Source: Salisapilia sapeloensis CBS 127946 (Eukaryota; Protista; Oomycota). From it: a stretch of 64,000 nucleotides of DNA. Shown here one piece after another: positions 1 through 12,023 of the stretch; the stretch's first letter is position 1, and every line of letters begins with the position of its first letter. The stretch lies in the NCBI GenBank assembly GCA_023334545.1, contig JAADVB010000090.1, positions 1,511 to 65,510 on the forward strand, read 5' to 3'. Both the position numbers and the translations under genes were made by a program. The notes below the pieces were generated by a model, which did no database searches, was not told the origin of the DNA, and worked only from the letters and a program-made list of their open reading frames with translations.

Positions 1-441
1 ATCGAAACGTCGATGCGTGGAGAAATTCCTATAAAGACATCCTGCGCTCTAGTGGCACGATAGAATGTACAGAAGAACTGAAGTCGTCAATGGATAGTGT
101 TTTGATAAAAGACTTGGCTTCGCTGCCACATTTTCTTTCGGAGCATGTGCTCATAGAAGCTCAAAAGTGGTTTAGTATAGACGCAAAACAAGCTTCTAAT
201 GGCACGATCAACTGTCCTAATGAAGCGTGTCGAGCAGCGTTAGGTGACTGGAGCAGCCAAGGTCAAATGTACGTTCAAATACATAAAGATGCTCGAACGA
301 AGTCATGGTAACGTCTTGCTTGTTTAGGTCTGAGTGGGGTGAAAACATCCAGCCAGCGTTTCGTATGCAAACGCATGCAGTGAAGATACTAGGGAATGTA
401 CTTACTCGACCACGCATTGACAAGTACCATTAATATTTATG

Positions 442-1669
442 TCAACAAGCTATGAATTCACTACTATTGCGGAGACATGGAGGTGTATCAGTTGATTCTA
501 GATTCGCTGCAGCCACTAATACCATCGTACTCTCTTGTCGTAGTTCCGAGCTGTCAGTAAAACAATATAAATGGACTGGCATAAAGGTGGTGCTATTTCC
601 AAAAAGGTACCGTATGTTCACGATCTCTTCTTTCTCATTTACCAATGTAGAGATAGATGCATTTGAGTCTGTTACTTTCTTCGTTGACCTCTTTCTTCGT
701 TGGTTTCTGCTCTCATGTGAGGCATGAATCGATGTCTTATTAGACAGAGATTTGTTGGTTGAAGGGGATGACAAGGTATCTCGCAATGGCGACACGTCTT
801 CTCTATCAGTCTTGTATGGTTGTCGGATTTTGGATGGTGGGGGCTTTTGTGGACTTGTTGTCCATCTAGATTTACTGTGTTTGTCCACTTGGTTTGCAAC
901 TACTCCTTGTTCCTTCCACATCCCTTCGATCTATCGATATACCGTCAAGACATGATTCATCAAGTTTTATGTAATTTAGCATCTACTTCTGTCGTTAACT
1001 GAGCTATAGCCTCTATCGATTGCTTTGTTCTGTTCTTTAATGATATGATGTATTCGTCTTGATGGAAGTTGTCAAAGATGGTAGGAAGGGAAGCTGGTAG
1101 CGAGCTTAGATCAGGATCCCTAGTCCGAGTGTATGACTGAAGTAGTGACGATGACAGGGACACATCCCTGTGCCGGTCGCAAGGTTTATTGAAGGAGCTT
1201 ACGGCCTCTTGTTCTATATCACGAGACGGCTTTTTAGGTGATAAGGTAGCTACCAGCTCTGGATGTGATCTCTTTCTTCCAGGATCACTTGCAAGCTAGC
1301 AAACGCCCGAATGAGTATGAAAGTGGACAATTATGTAGTTTAATTGACTGTACAAGCATCCGTCTCTCTTCCTCTTGCTCAGCCTTCTTTCTCGCTCGAG
1401 CAGCTTCGCTCTTCGCTTGGTTTTCTCGGATCTACATTTTTCATAAATACCGATAAATCTTACTCTATTCTATAGCACTTAACCTGTTCTTCCAGTTGAG
1501 CTGCATAGCTTCTTTGCTGACTAAGACGTTGGAGGCGTTCGACCTCGAAGGCTTCATCCCGCACAGTCTTTCGAGCCATCTCAACGGAGTCTGTAGACTG
1601 TATAAACTCGAAGGGCTGGTTTGGATGCCGATTTATGAAGTCATTATGGGCTATTATTGGCGACGTTAG
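442..1669 (-). CDS. Multi-exon coiled-coil protein with CCDC66/CSPP1-like motif (both ends uncertain; may extend below 442 and above 1669)
   Basis: Manual splicing joins exon ~1669-1483 (LTSPIIAHND...EVERLQRLSQQRSYAAQLEEQ|gttaag) to ag|IRENQAKSEAARARKKAEQEEERRML, then LASDPGRKRSHPELV..., which runs into ORF 960..1163, then ag|IEGMWKEQGVV = ORF 442..921. The QxxYxxxLxxQIxExxxxxxxxxxxxxxEEExR pattern resembles the repeat in CCDC66/CSPP1 centrosomal proteins. Confidence 0.5.
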
Positions 1670-2083
1670 CTATTCTAACGATCAGTCTAGCACTTTCTTT
1701 AGTCAAGGGAAGAAGTGGCAGTTCACTTCAGTTCGCTTATACTACGATATCCCATCGACTGTGACTTGAATGACTCGAAAGAAACTAGGGTCTATCATTA
1801 TATCTGCCAAACGTTTACTATTCAGTTAATACTCACTGGAAAGTAGATTTTGTACGATATAATCGACTGGTTAGACTCTGTACTACATAGAAGTTGGATA
1901 GAATGAGCTGATTGTAACGAGGATACACATAGGAGCGCTAGGCCTAGTACAAATGGCAGAAATCATTCTATTTCGTCTATTTCGCTTTCTTCTGTTCCTT
2001 TTCAAAGCTATCGCGTACACTATCGCTCATGGCAGATTTAACGTCATTAACGAGCTCTGGGTCTTTATGCAGCTCCTTCTATC

Positions 2084-2317
2084 ATGAATTTAGTCACAGG
2101 AATGTCCACTGGATGGAGTACATTATACCATGAAGCAGTCCCAATAGGTTTTGTACTCTTTCTCACAGCCTACTTTTCCTTCTGCTTTTTGCTGGAGGAA
2201 GATATCCTTGTACCACCGGTCAAAGCATTTTTCGTACTCTTTCTTCTCGTTCCAACATGCAGCTTGGTCTACTTCGGTCATATCGCCTACTTTTGCTTGT
2301 CAGAAGCGAAATTCTAA
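2084..2317 (+). CDS. Possible small membrane protein or exon of an unresolved gene
   Basis: 77-aa ORF with two hydrophobic stretches (PIGFVLFLTAYFSFCFLL; FFVLFLLVPTCSLVYFGHIAYFCL) in AT-rich DNA. No family recognised. Confidence 0.2.
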   Translation: MNLVTGMSTGWSTLYHEAVPIGFVLFLTAYFSFCFLLEEDILVPPVKAFFVLFLLVPTCSLVYFGHIAYFCLSEAKF

Positions 2318-4470
2318 GAAAAGAATACAAAATAAAATTATTTCGCCAGAGTAAGTCAGTTGTAGCTTTTGTCGCCACTTTCTTTTCTATCTAGATGATT
2401 ACTTGTTCGTCGATTCGGCATTTATAAGCTATTCTGAAACCCCTGTGCTTTATATAGAAACTACTGTGTCGAGCATCCAGTTTCTTATTTTCTTAAATGG
2501 CCCTAATGGTAATCTAGCTCGTGTTGTTCTACTAGCTTACGTCTGCTTTTACTATCATCTTTTCTATCCTAGTAGGACTGTCCACCTATATAATTAGTAT
2601 TAAGCGCTATCTGTCATAATGTTTTTTGACTAAAAGAGTAGATCGGACTAGAGTCAAGTATATGCGCGTAAGAATAGCCTTCCATTCCTTCCTCTTTCCA
2701 TTTGCTTCGAAAGAGATCGACGCCATTACCTTGCCGAAATGGATAGCTGGAAGCTAAAGCTCCAGCATGAGTGTTGGACCTTTTGTCTGATCTTTTAGGT
2801 CCGCATGTGGACCAGACACAGCAAATGCGCATGTCTTGCATGCAGGGTCTGAAATTTGCCTGTCTATTTCCCCATTATTCTCCATAAATCATGGCCATAA
2901 TGGAAAGAGATGAGAAATCATGGTATTATTCGAGGGCAAATTGTCAATGTGTCTATAAGTCAACCTTACAGCATGATCAAAAACGAATAAGAATAGAAAA
3001 GGTTATGTTTGTTGAGCAGATAATTCGATAATATGCAAGGCATAGAAAGCAATGAAAACAAACATGAATGAATTGTAACAGGAATCAATGCCTGAGTCTT
3101 TGCCGGTTCATCCTACTCTTTCGTCGCTATTTACATTTTCGATCCTATCCACGTGTATCGTCCGCTCCTCTGTCATGTCTTGGTGGGAATAGTGTGGGGC
3201 GTATCGCGGTGTATCGTCGGAAGTCATTCAGGTTGAAGTTAGATTTGATTTACTTGCAGCATTGAGCTCTTCGCATTTCAATGGGACGAGTACAGTGCGA
3301 TTCACAAATATCGTCCAGTTATTCCATCCAACACAGTACTGTGTCTGTTCCGAAATAATAGCGAAGGGCTCAATAGCGCAAGTACAGCCAAGAGCTCACC
3401 AAGTCTTTTGCGCGTTTTCTCAAATGTGCACACTTTAAGAACCAGGCGTTGCTTGTAGCCTTCTCGAAGATGATTTTCTCCTGATTGCATTAAAGACCAA
3501 GACAGAGACAGACCAAGAATATAGAGTGGCATCTCCATTGGCAGTACAGAACACTCGCTTATGCATTTGATATAGTGGAAGAAAGTTATTTTGTAGTGCT
3601 GCGTTAGATTTTCAATGGCAAGTGGTAAAGCAAAATTGGCTACTCTCAACGAGTGCAGAGTTTACCGATTTGACTTTCATGAATAGAAGTGCAAAAGGTG
3701 AATCTCGAATTGTGCTGAATTGGAGTTGACGCAAATACGGCCTAACTATTTAGCATAGTGGAATTGTGCCCCTGATCTAATACTGGAAGTCTTCCCTCAA
3801 TCACGTAGAACTAGTTTGCAACTGACAAGTTCCACAACTTCACCTTTGGAGAGCTGTAGGATGTGGTATAAGTACATCTCAAGATATATTTATGCCATGG
3901 GTGCAAGCCGGTCAAGTAGCTTTATGGGAACCACCATCAACAAGAAATGGTACCATTATGGATGGAGTCGAAAATACAAACATCCATCCATTTCGTATGC
4001 TTATTTTTTTAAAGCCTGCTTACATGTACGTGCGGTACCAGTCGGATGAGAGTGTTATATCAACCATTACAGATCTCATTTTCGTGTCGTATAGAGTTCA
4101 TCTAATAAGCTAGCTACCACAAACGACAACTAGGAACATTATCACGACAAACTTGAAGTCAATCGCTCCATTACGTACCCGTTCGTTCATTAAGGATACA
4201 AAGTACCTCCCTGGACGATGGTATCATCACTATAACAACCAACAGCATCCGATTGCTCCATACCAAAATATGGCAGATCATCACGATCACAGCACCCACA
4301 TCGGAACCTGTTAAGAAACAAGAATACCTGCACTTACATTAGAAAACAGGTTGCTACGATCTACTACTTGTACAACAAACAGCATTTTATTTTGCCTCCA
4401 TAACGTCTCTTTTTCACCTTTGAAGAGCGGGAGGCGTCGACACGATTCAAACGATCAGGAAACCTACTTT

Positions 4471-5633
4471 TCAGTTACCTACAAAAGTGTTGGATCGATA
4501 TGAGTTCGATCGGAACCGACGTTGGTCCATCGATACTGGTAACGGACGACGGTCCGCGACAAACTGACCCGAAGGTGCTGAGTAATCACCGGCCGAAGCT
4601 GCAGACGGCGACATGGCCATGTGCTTTCCACTTAGAAAGCACTTGTCACACACACGCTGTGGGTCCGACAGACCGAATTTCATCAACGACACGCGGTTCG
4701 TCGAGTGATGGCTGCAGACTACAGAGGACGCACTAAGTACCTGATATGCTACGGCGATCTAGACAGCTACGTACCTGATTCTCCACAATTCCGGCAGTGG
4801 TGACGACGCTTGAGGAGTGTGAACGGGTGATGGCAGACGCTACAGTGTCGCGCTTGCGTCCATCGAGGTGGAAACTTGAGCTGCGACGGGCCGGCGCTCT
4901 TGGACTTGTACTCTGGGACGGAAGCCATTTGCTGTTGCTGGTGCCTCGTATCACGTTGGGAATGCTCCATCGGACGACTGTAAAAGGCTTCGTCATCCGA
5001 CGACGAGTAAGGGTACAAGTCTCCTTCCTGGTCGTCGGTCATGGACATGGATTTGAGATGGATTTCATGGTCGAGATGGCCATGTCCGTGGTATTGGTTG
5101 TTGTACTGGAGTCGAGGGTCTTGGCTGGAGCTATAAAGCTCTGGCGTTGAGAACTTTCGAGGCCGGTCGTCTGCCGATGGGACATACCGATGCGAGTCTC
5201 GAGGCGAGATGGAAGGCTGGTAGTACTCGGATGACAGCTCGTAGTCGTGCATTCGAGGCGAATGCTGTTCATACGAGTACTGTTGCTGCGGCTGGTAGGA
5301 CCGATGGGGTACTTGCACCGGCGGTTGTTCGCCAAACACTTCCCCCGCGCTCATGGCAGCTCGCAGGACTTCCAATACACGTTCATCACATTCTGCTTGT
5401 TCCGCTAGATCGAGAGGTATATGGCCTGCGTCATTCTCCGTATGCACTGCCCTCGGGTTTGCAAAGACGACTTTCACGAGCACATCGGTCGGCACTTCCT
5501 GATGGAGACATAGCCAGTGGAGGACGGTCATGCCACTCGAGTCCGTCCGCGTGACGACTGACGGGTCTGCTCGCATAGCTGCAAGCAGTGCATCCCAGTC
5601 TCCATTGACGGCATTAAGAAAGTCTGTGTCCAT
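4471..5633 (-). CDS. Ankyrin-repeat-like N-terminus + C-terminal FYVE zinc finger protein (2 exons)
   Basis: N-term GMTVLHWLC...GHIPLDLA ankyrin-like motifs. Intron 4719-4774 (GT..AG) restores FYVE: CSVCHHPFTLLKRRHHCRNCGES-VCSHHSTNRVSLMKFGLSDPQRVCDKC with the canonical RRHHCR and RVC motifs. Confidence 0.85.
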
Positions 5634-6008
5634 GGTCTCGTAGGAATGCAGGAGGGGGGACAGAGCTCGACCAGCTCTTTAGGAATGAGTACAGTGGTGC
5701 CCGTCCGCCGTGACAAATGCACGAGACGAGGTAGAGACGGATTGGGTGATATTTCGACCAATCGTTCGATTTATTCGCCTCCGCTTCCTGTCTGTCGAAC
5801 ATGGATACTTGCTAGAAGGATAGATGTCTAGTAGACAGAAGTAGGTTTCTAGATCGAAGCCTAGTAGACATCGTTGATCCCATCCGATCGCATGTGCCTC
5901 GACTTCTGTACTTTTATCCAATTAGAAGGCGTTATTTATGTTTTCAGCCAATGACATGAACTGTCGTGGCACGCGAGAAAGATCAAAAAGGAGGCGGATC
6001 CAAGTGCC

Positions 6009-9000
6009 ATGGTAGAGCTCTTCCTCCCTCCCTACATGTGCTAGAACTAATATAAGCGTAGCCACTTCGACTAGATATTAAACGCAAGCTTTCGTCTCGC
6101 TCGGAGCGAGTCAAGAGCGTCGACTTGCACCCGACGGAGCCGTGGGTCCTCTCGGCTTTGTACTCTGGCAGCGTCACGATCTGGGACTACGACGCGCAGT
6201 CGCTCGTCAAAACCTTGGACGTCGGGACGCTGCCCATCCGTTCAGCCAAGGTAGACACCCTTCTCTTCTCATGCTCTAGCCTTGTAAGAGCTAACGATGC
6301 ACGGAATTAGTTTATCGCTCGGAAGCAATGGATCGTCACGGTAGGCGACGATATGCACGTCCGAGTGTTCAACTACAACACGCTTGAACGTGTGACGGCG
6401 TTTGAAGCCCACTCGGACTATATCCGGCACGTGGAAGTGCATCCGACGCTCCCTTGTCTCCTCACGTGTTCAGACGACATGACCATCAAGCTCTGGGATT
6501 GGGATCGCAATTGGACTTGCTCCCAAGTCTTTGAAGGTCACGCACACTTTGTCATGATGGCCAAGTTTAATCCGAAGGACACGAATACCTTTGCCTCTGC
6601 GTCCTTAGATCGATCGGTCAAAGTCTGGGGACTGAACGCAGCGCATCCGCATTTCTCGCTCGACGGTCATGAACGTGGTGTCAATTGCGTCGACTATTAC
6701 CCTGGTGGAGATAAACCGTACCTTGTCTCTGGCGCAGACGATCGTAGTGTCAAAGTGTGGGATTATCAGACCAAGGCAGTCGTGCATACGCTCGAAGGAC
6801 ATGGGAATAACCTCACTGCTGTCTTATATCACCCTCGTCTGCCGCTCATCATCTCTGCATGCGAAGACGGTGCCGTGCGCATGTGGCACGCGACCACCTT
6901 TCGCGCCGAGACGACGCTCAACTACGGCATGGAACGCGCGTGGTCGCTCGCGCCTCTCACAACTGCGAATAAACTCGCTGTCGGGTATGACGAAGGTAGC
7001 GTCGTCATCCGCTTAGGTCACGATACGCCTGTCGTGAGCATGGACCCTTCGGGCAAGCTCATTTGGACGAATAACAATGACATTTTCTCTGCGAGTGTCA
7101 AGGGCGTCGTGTCTGACATGCAGCTAAGTGATGGCGAGAAGCTACCATTACCTGCGCGAGAACTCGGCAGCTGCGAAGTGTATCCGCAGCGTGTGCGCCA
7201 CAACTCGAACGGTCGATACGTCTGCGTTTGTGGCGATGGCGAGTACATCATCTATACGTCCCAGCAGCTACGCAACAAGGCGTTCGGATCCGCGCTAGAC
7301 TTTGCCTGGTCACCAAGTGGCACGGGAGACTATGTGACGCGTGAATCGACGTCGAAGCTAACGTTATTCCGTAACTTTAAAGAAGTTAAGAGCGTCGTAC
7401 CGCGTGTGTGTAGTGCAGAAGGTTTATTCGGCGGCTCTGGTGCGATCGGCGTGAAAGGAAACGACTGTGTCGCCATGTACGACTGGGACGAGTTCCGTTT
7501 GATCCGTAAGATCGATGTCGGTGTGAAGAACGTGTACTGGTCGGACTCTGGCTCTCTCGTCGTTCTCGCATGTGAATCTAGTTTCTTCGTCTTGCAGTAT
7601 GATAAAGAAGTGGTCGCGAATGCCTTTGCGTCTGGAAAGTACTCGGAAGATGAAGGTGTTCAAGGCTCATTTGAACTCGTGCATGAGATCTCCGAGACTG
7701 TCAAGACCGGGTCTTGGGTCGGTGATTGTTTCCTCTACACGAACGACAATGGTCGCTTGAATTATTACGTCGGTGGAGAAGTCATGACGTTAGCGCATTT
7801 AGATCAAAAGCTGTATATGCTCGGGTACCTCCCGAAGGAGAATTTAGTCTTTCTCATGGATAAGATGAAGCACGTCGTGAGCTACACGGTGTCTCTCGTC
7901 ATGCTCGAGTATCAGACCGCTGTCGTTCGACGTGACTTTGATACGGCGAATGCGATTCTTCCGAAGATCCCGACGGAGCAAATGGATTACGTCGCACGGT
8001 TCTTAGAGGCACAAGGCTTTAAGGAAGAAGCGCTGCAACTTAGTACAGATCCAGATCAACGTTTTGATCTTGCAGTGCAGCTCGCAAAGCTTGATTTGGC
8101 CCATGAAATCATTCTGAATGAAGTCGATGCGAGTCTTACGACTGATACGCAGCATAAGTGGAAGCAATTAGGAGATTTAGCATTGAATGCTTTCCAGTTG
8201 GAACTAGCGGAAGATTGTGCCATGCGTGCGGAAGACTTTAGTCTGCTCTTGATGTTATATGCATCTCGTGGCGATGCGAAGGGATTGGAGAAATTGGCGA
8301 CGCTCGCGCATGAGAAGAAGAGATTTAACGTTGTCTTCCTTTGCTATCTATTGCTCCAACGATCGGAAGACTGTGTCCAGGTGCTCCAGGAGACGATGAG
8401 ATATCCGGAAGCTGCCTTCTTTGCGCGATCATATTGTCCGTCGAACGTCTCGGACGTGTTGGAGGTTTGGCGAGAGGATCTGGCGACCGTGAGTACGAGA
8501 GCTGCGAAGGCATTGGCGGATCCGAATGTCAATCCAGAGTTGTTTGAGAACTTGGGACTTTCCTTGGAAGGTGAAGAGCAAGTGAAGAAGATGGGCGTGT
8601 GGCGTGCGAAGGAGTACTTGAAGATGAAGGACATGGTGGAAGGTGGAGAGGTGCTGCAGAGTGTGCTTGCAGGAGCTTTTGTCGGTCGTCAAGTAGATGT
8701 ATCGATGCCGGAGGAGACGAAGGAGCATGAGGATGAGATGGAACGATTGGAGCAAGTGCAGAGAGAGGAGGAGAGACAGCGAGAGGAGGCAGAGAGGCTG
8801 GAGGAGGAGAGAGAGAGGGAGCAAGAGAGGCAGCGGATTGAGTTGGAGAAGCAACAGGCAGAGCTCCAGCGGCAGGAAGAAGAGCGGTTGAAGGAAGAAA
8901 TGCAGAGGCAGCAAGTGGAGATGCAACGACAGGAGGAAGAACGGAGAGTAGAGATGGAAAGGCAGGCAGAGTTTCAGCGACAGGAGGAGGAACGGCTGAA

Positions 9001-9232
9001 GGAGGAACTGGAGAGACAGGAAGAAGAGCGGTTGAAGGAGGAGCTGAAGCAGCAAGAATGGGAGAAGCAGGAGGAGGAAGCGGTGGAAGCCGAGTTGGCT
9101 GCCGCGAGTACGTCTGTAGCGGCGAGTGCCGTGGAGGAAGCAGCGACAACCGGGGACTTGCTCGACTTTGAACTGGACAATGAAGACATTGAGTTTGATG
9201 AAGAGGATGATGCGGACTGGGGAGAGATGTAG
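6009..9232 (+). CDS. COPB2: Coatomer subunit beta' (COPI), 3 exons, with C-terminal Glu/Gln/Arg-rich coiled-coil extension
   Basis: ATG-only exon 6009-6011, intron 6012-6061, exon [28 protein letters not shown]...IRSAK, intron 6251-6310, then FIARKQW...[11 protein letters not shown]...[12 protein letters not shown]40 repeats and the EVYPQ...[20 protein letters not shown] signature are typical of beta'-COP/Sec27. Confidence 0.97.
8750..9075 (+). repeat. Imperfect purine-rich tandem repeat encoding (Q/E)RQEEER(L/R)(K/V)E(E/M) units in the COPB2 tail
   Basis: Recurrent gcggcaggaagaagagcggttgaaggaagaa / gacaggaggaggaacggctgaaggaggaa / gacaggaagaagagcggttgaaggaggag units; protein [13 protein letters not shown]...[12 protein letters not shown]...[25 protein letters not shown]. 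Confidence 0.85.
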
Positions 9233-9267
9233 GACGCATGAAAGACACAATAACAAAAGACATTGGA

Positions 9268-10344
9268 CTAGTAAACTTGTTGGGCGTAATGTAGCAATGC
9301 TTGGATCGAGTCCGGTCCTCGACGTAACACTTCGAGAGTCACATTCGCGGCGTAGTCGAGATGGACACCAGTGTCCGGGTCGCGAGTCGTGTACCATGAC
9401 TGGTACAGCGCTTTGATCGCGATGGCAAAGAGCTCGAAGAAAGCTACTGGGTCTTCGAACGTACGCCAGAACGGACGTGCACTGCCGACGCAGGCGCCGT
9501 CCTGGAGCTGTAGGAGGTCGGCGAGGAGGAATGTGACTTGGTAGCAGGAAGCAGCATATTGGTGCAAGTCGTTGACGATCGTGATAGCAGTGGAATGGTA
9601 GCGTTCATGGAAGAAAGCGACGCAGTGGAGGGCGAGGACGACGCGGAGTTCCTCGAACGGATCGGACTGGAAGCCTAGCTGTTGCCATTGACGCCCTTGA
9701 GGCTGGAAGGAGTCGAGTTCATAGCAAGAGCCCCAGAGACGTTGCAGCATTTCAATATGGTCATTGTTATTGTAGTCTAGAGGTGTCTGGAAGGCGTCGA
9801 TTAAGCGAGAGAGTTGCTGGAGTGTCTGCGGAGATGGTGGCGCTGAGGCTGGATGCTGCCCGGAGACGCGCTCCCATACTTTCGTGGAATGTTTATGGAG
9901 GGCAGATGCCATGCCGGATTGACGTACTTTGGATACGAGGCTTTTCACGCCGGAGAAGACTCCTGATACGTCCTGAACGATGCGAGAAGAGTAGCTTTCA
10001 GCTTGCGATGGGAAGTCTTCACGAACAGTTGATGGATCGAGGTATTGGTTCTCGGGATCTGTACTGGTGGAAGAGAGTTGGAGGACTTTGATACATATTT
10101 CATTCGAACTAGCGATCGGAATCTCTTGCTCTGGGTGCGTTAGATCGACCCAGCAATAGGACGATGGTGTCTCGTATCGGACCCGAAAGTGGTATTCGCC
10201 TAGAAACGGAAAACGTCGTTGCAATTGCCGCAGCTTTGGATGACTAGGTAAAAGGAGAGAGGAGAGGGCATCAGGAGGTACACCTTTATCTTCGACAAGC
10301 GTTTGCTGGAAAAAGTAGCGGCATAAGACCCCTTGGTCGGTCAT
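9268..10344 (-). CDS. DIX-like (ubiquitin-like) domain + ELMO/CED-12 (ELMOD-type) domain protein
   Basis: First ATG at 10344 (MTDQGVLC). N-term KLRQLQRRFPFLGEYHFRVR...CWVDL...EIPIASSNEICIKVLQL fits the DIX-like pattern. C-term DYNNNDHIEMLQRLW...WQQLGFQSDPFEELR...LALHCVAFF...FFELF matches the ELMO_CED12 pattern. Confidence 0.75.
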   Translation of the reverse strand: MTDQGVLCRYFFQQTLVEDKGVPPDALSSLLLPSHPKLRQLQRRFPFLGEYHFRVRYETPSSYCWVDLTHPEQEIPIASSNEICIKVLQLSSTSTDPENQYLDPSTVREDFPSQAESYSSRIVQDVSGVFSGVKSLVSKVRQSGMASALHKHSTKVWERVSGQHPASAPPSPQTLQQLSRLIDAFQTPLDYNNNDHIEMLQRLWGSCYELDSFQPQGRQWQQLGFQSDPFEELRVVLALHCVAFFHERYHSTAITIVNDLHQYAASCYQVTFLLADLLQLQDGACVGSARPFWRTFEDPVAFFELFAIAIKALYQSWYTTRDPDTGVHLDYAANVTLEVLRRGPDSIQALLHYAQQVY

Positions 10345-10476
10345 GCTCGTGCTAAGATGTCGGCTTGTGTCCACATCGAGTGTATTCGCGAATCAGAATG
10401 CTTGAATTGGATATGTATCATATAAATAGCAAATAGATGAAGAGAATAGGATTCGCCAAGTAGAGACGAGAGGAGT

Positions 10477-11165
10477 ATGGGGGAAGAGCACGTTTTCGTC
10501 GATGAGAAGCCTCCGCCGCCACGGTCGCTTCTTGAAGTCATAGAACACCTTGGTCCGGTCCTCAAGTACTATTTGATACTACTTGCACTGTACTTTGTTG
10601 CCAAGTATGCAAATAAAACCATGCATAACGATCCGATCACCGAGGCCGAAGCCGAGGTTTGTACTGATACGACACGAGTAGCGCTTCTTATGGCTCAATC
10701 TATCTGTTAGCAGCGTCCAAACCTGTCTCAGAACCTCATGCCTTCCAGTGATGAAAGCGAGAGCGACAGTGACGATCATGTCGATGGCGAATTTACGAGC
10801 AATGGTAGCCTCGTCCACTATCCTCATCTGTCCTTCATACTCACATCGTCCTAGGCTCTCGACTAGTGGAAGATGGAGGTGTCAAGCAGCGAAAGAAGAG
10901 TGATAAGAAGAAAGCGAATGAGCTCTTTGAAGGTTTGCGTCAGGTGGAAAAGGAAGTGAATGAAGAGCAAAAGGAAGACAAGGACGAGAATAACGTGAGC
11001 TGGAACGAACTCCATGCAGCTATGCTGTCCAAGTACAAGGACAAGTACCCGACGCAAGGTCCGAATATCCAGACAGATGACGACTACGATGACGAGTTCA
11101 AGGACCTCCTTCGGAAGCATAACATTGATCCGGAAGACATTAAACGTCGTGCCAAGCAGGAATAA
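10477..11165 (+). CDS. Single-pass membrane protein of unknown function (3 exons)
   Basis: Exons 10477-10656, 10711-10804 and 10855-11165 join in frame over GT-AG introns of 54 and 50 nt. One TM segment (VLKYYLILLALYFVA) precedes an acidic/charged cytosolic tail. Confidence 0.75.
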
Positions 11166-11179
11166 TGCAGGAACAAATC

Positions 11180-11934
11180 TTAGAATTTCACATACGTAGC
11201 TTTCTTGACAGGTTCCGACTCGGTCGAGCCCTCAGCTGGATGGTCGATCGAGTCGTCGTCGCCAAACGTCTTCTTGGTATTCTTGCGTTCACCTCCGATC
11301 TGTCCGTCGGCGTTGATTTTCGTTGACGGACAGTCCTTGGCTAAATGGAGTACGCTCCCACACATCTTGCAACTACCTCCTTTCGGGTAGATACCGGTGG
11401 TCGACTGAGGACACTGGTTGCTCAAGTGCCCTTGCTCGTTACAGACAAAGCAAGTCGCATACGACGTTCCGTTGTTCTTGCGTGGGTTCGGACAGTCTCT
11501 CAGTCGATGGTCATTCGAGCCACAGTTGAAGCACAGGTTACTATTTGCGTCGCCAGCGCTAGAGCTCGACTGCGGACAAGTGGCTGAGGTATGCCCACGA
11601 CGACGACATCGGAAGCACGTTTTACTCGCATCTTCTTCACCACGCTTCGGACAATCCTGTTTCCGATGGTCTATCCTGGCAATGTTAGATGCAAGCTACC
11701 ATGTACAAGTAACAAAGTGTATGTACCTGATTGACCGCATACCCAACAGCCATTGCCAATGCCATTCTTCAGATTCTCCTGTTCCTCTTTCTTGGCTCGT
11801 ATTTTGGCTAAAACTTCCTTCCGTTTGTCCTCTTTCTGCTGCCGTTTCTGTTTCTTAAACTCTTTGCCCTTGGCTTTCTTGGCTTTCCGTCGCTCTCGAC
11901 GTAGCGCAAGGATGGCTGCTCGATCGTCCGTCAT
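11180..11934 (-). CDS. Multi zinc-knuckle (CCHC) protein, ZCCHC9-like (2 exons)
   Basis: Lys/Arg-rich N-terminus. Intron 11671-11726 restores CWVCGQSDHRKQDC, followed by CFRCRRRGHTSATC, CFNCGSNDHRLRDC, CFVCNEQGHLSNQC and GIYPKGGSCKMCGSVLHLAKDC (the last motif is typical of ZCCHC9). Confidence 0.85.
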
Positions 11935-12023
11935 GGTTTCTGGGATTGACTGGCGTGGACCGAGTATACAAATATCAAGTTACTTTGGCTGCCAGTCGTT
12001 TGCGAGCCATTAAAACAGTAAAA

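Noticed and set aside
90-311. 73-aa plus-strand ORF with a CPNEAC...LG motif (possible zinc-binding fragment)
   Set aside because: Too short and at the window edge, and it may overlap the 3' part of the minus-strand coiled-coil gene; no family could be supported.
2600-4450. AT-rich region with short ORFs (e.g. 3302-3649 minus, 3816-4113 plus), considered as a degenerate transposon
   Set aside because: No transposase, RT or integrase motif, no terminal repeats or target-site duplications seen, and no coherent spliced model.
8429-9397. Minus-strand ORFs of 322 and 244 aa rich in Leu/Pro/Ser
   Set aside because: Antisense reading of the purine-rich repeat in the COPB2 tail.
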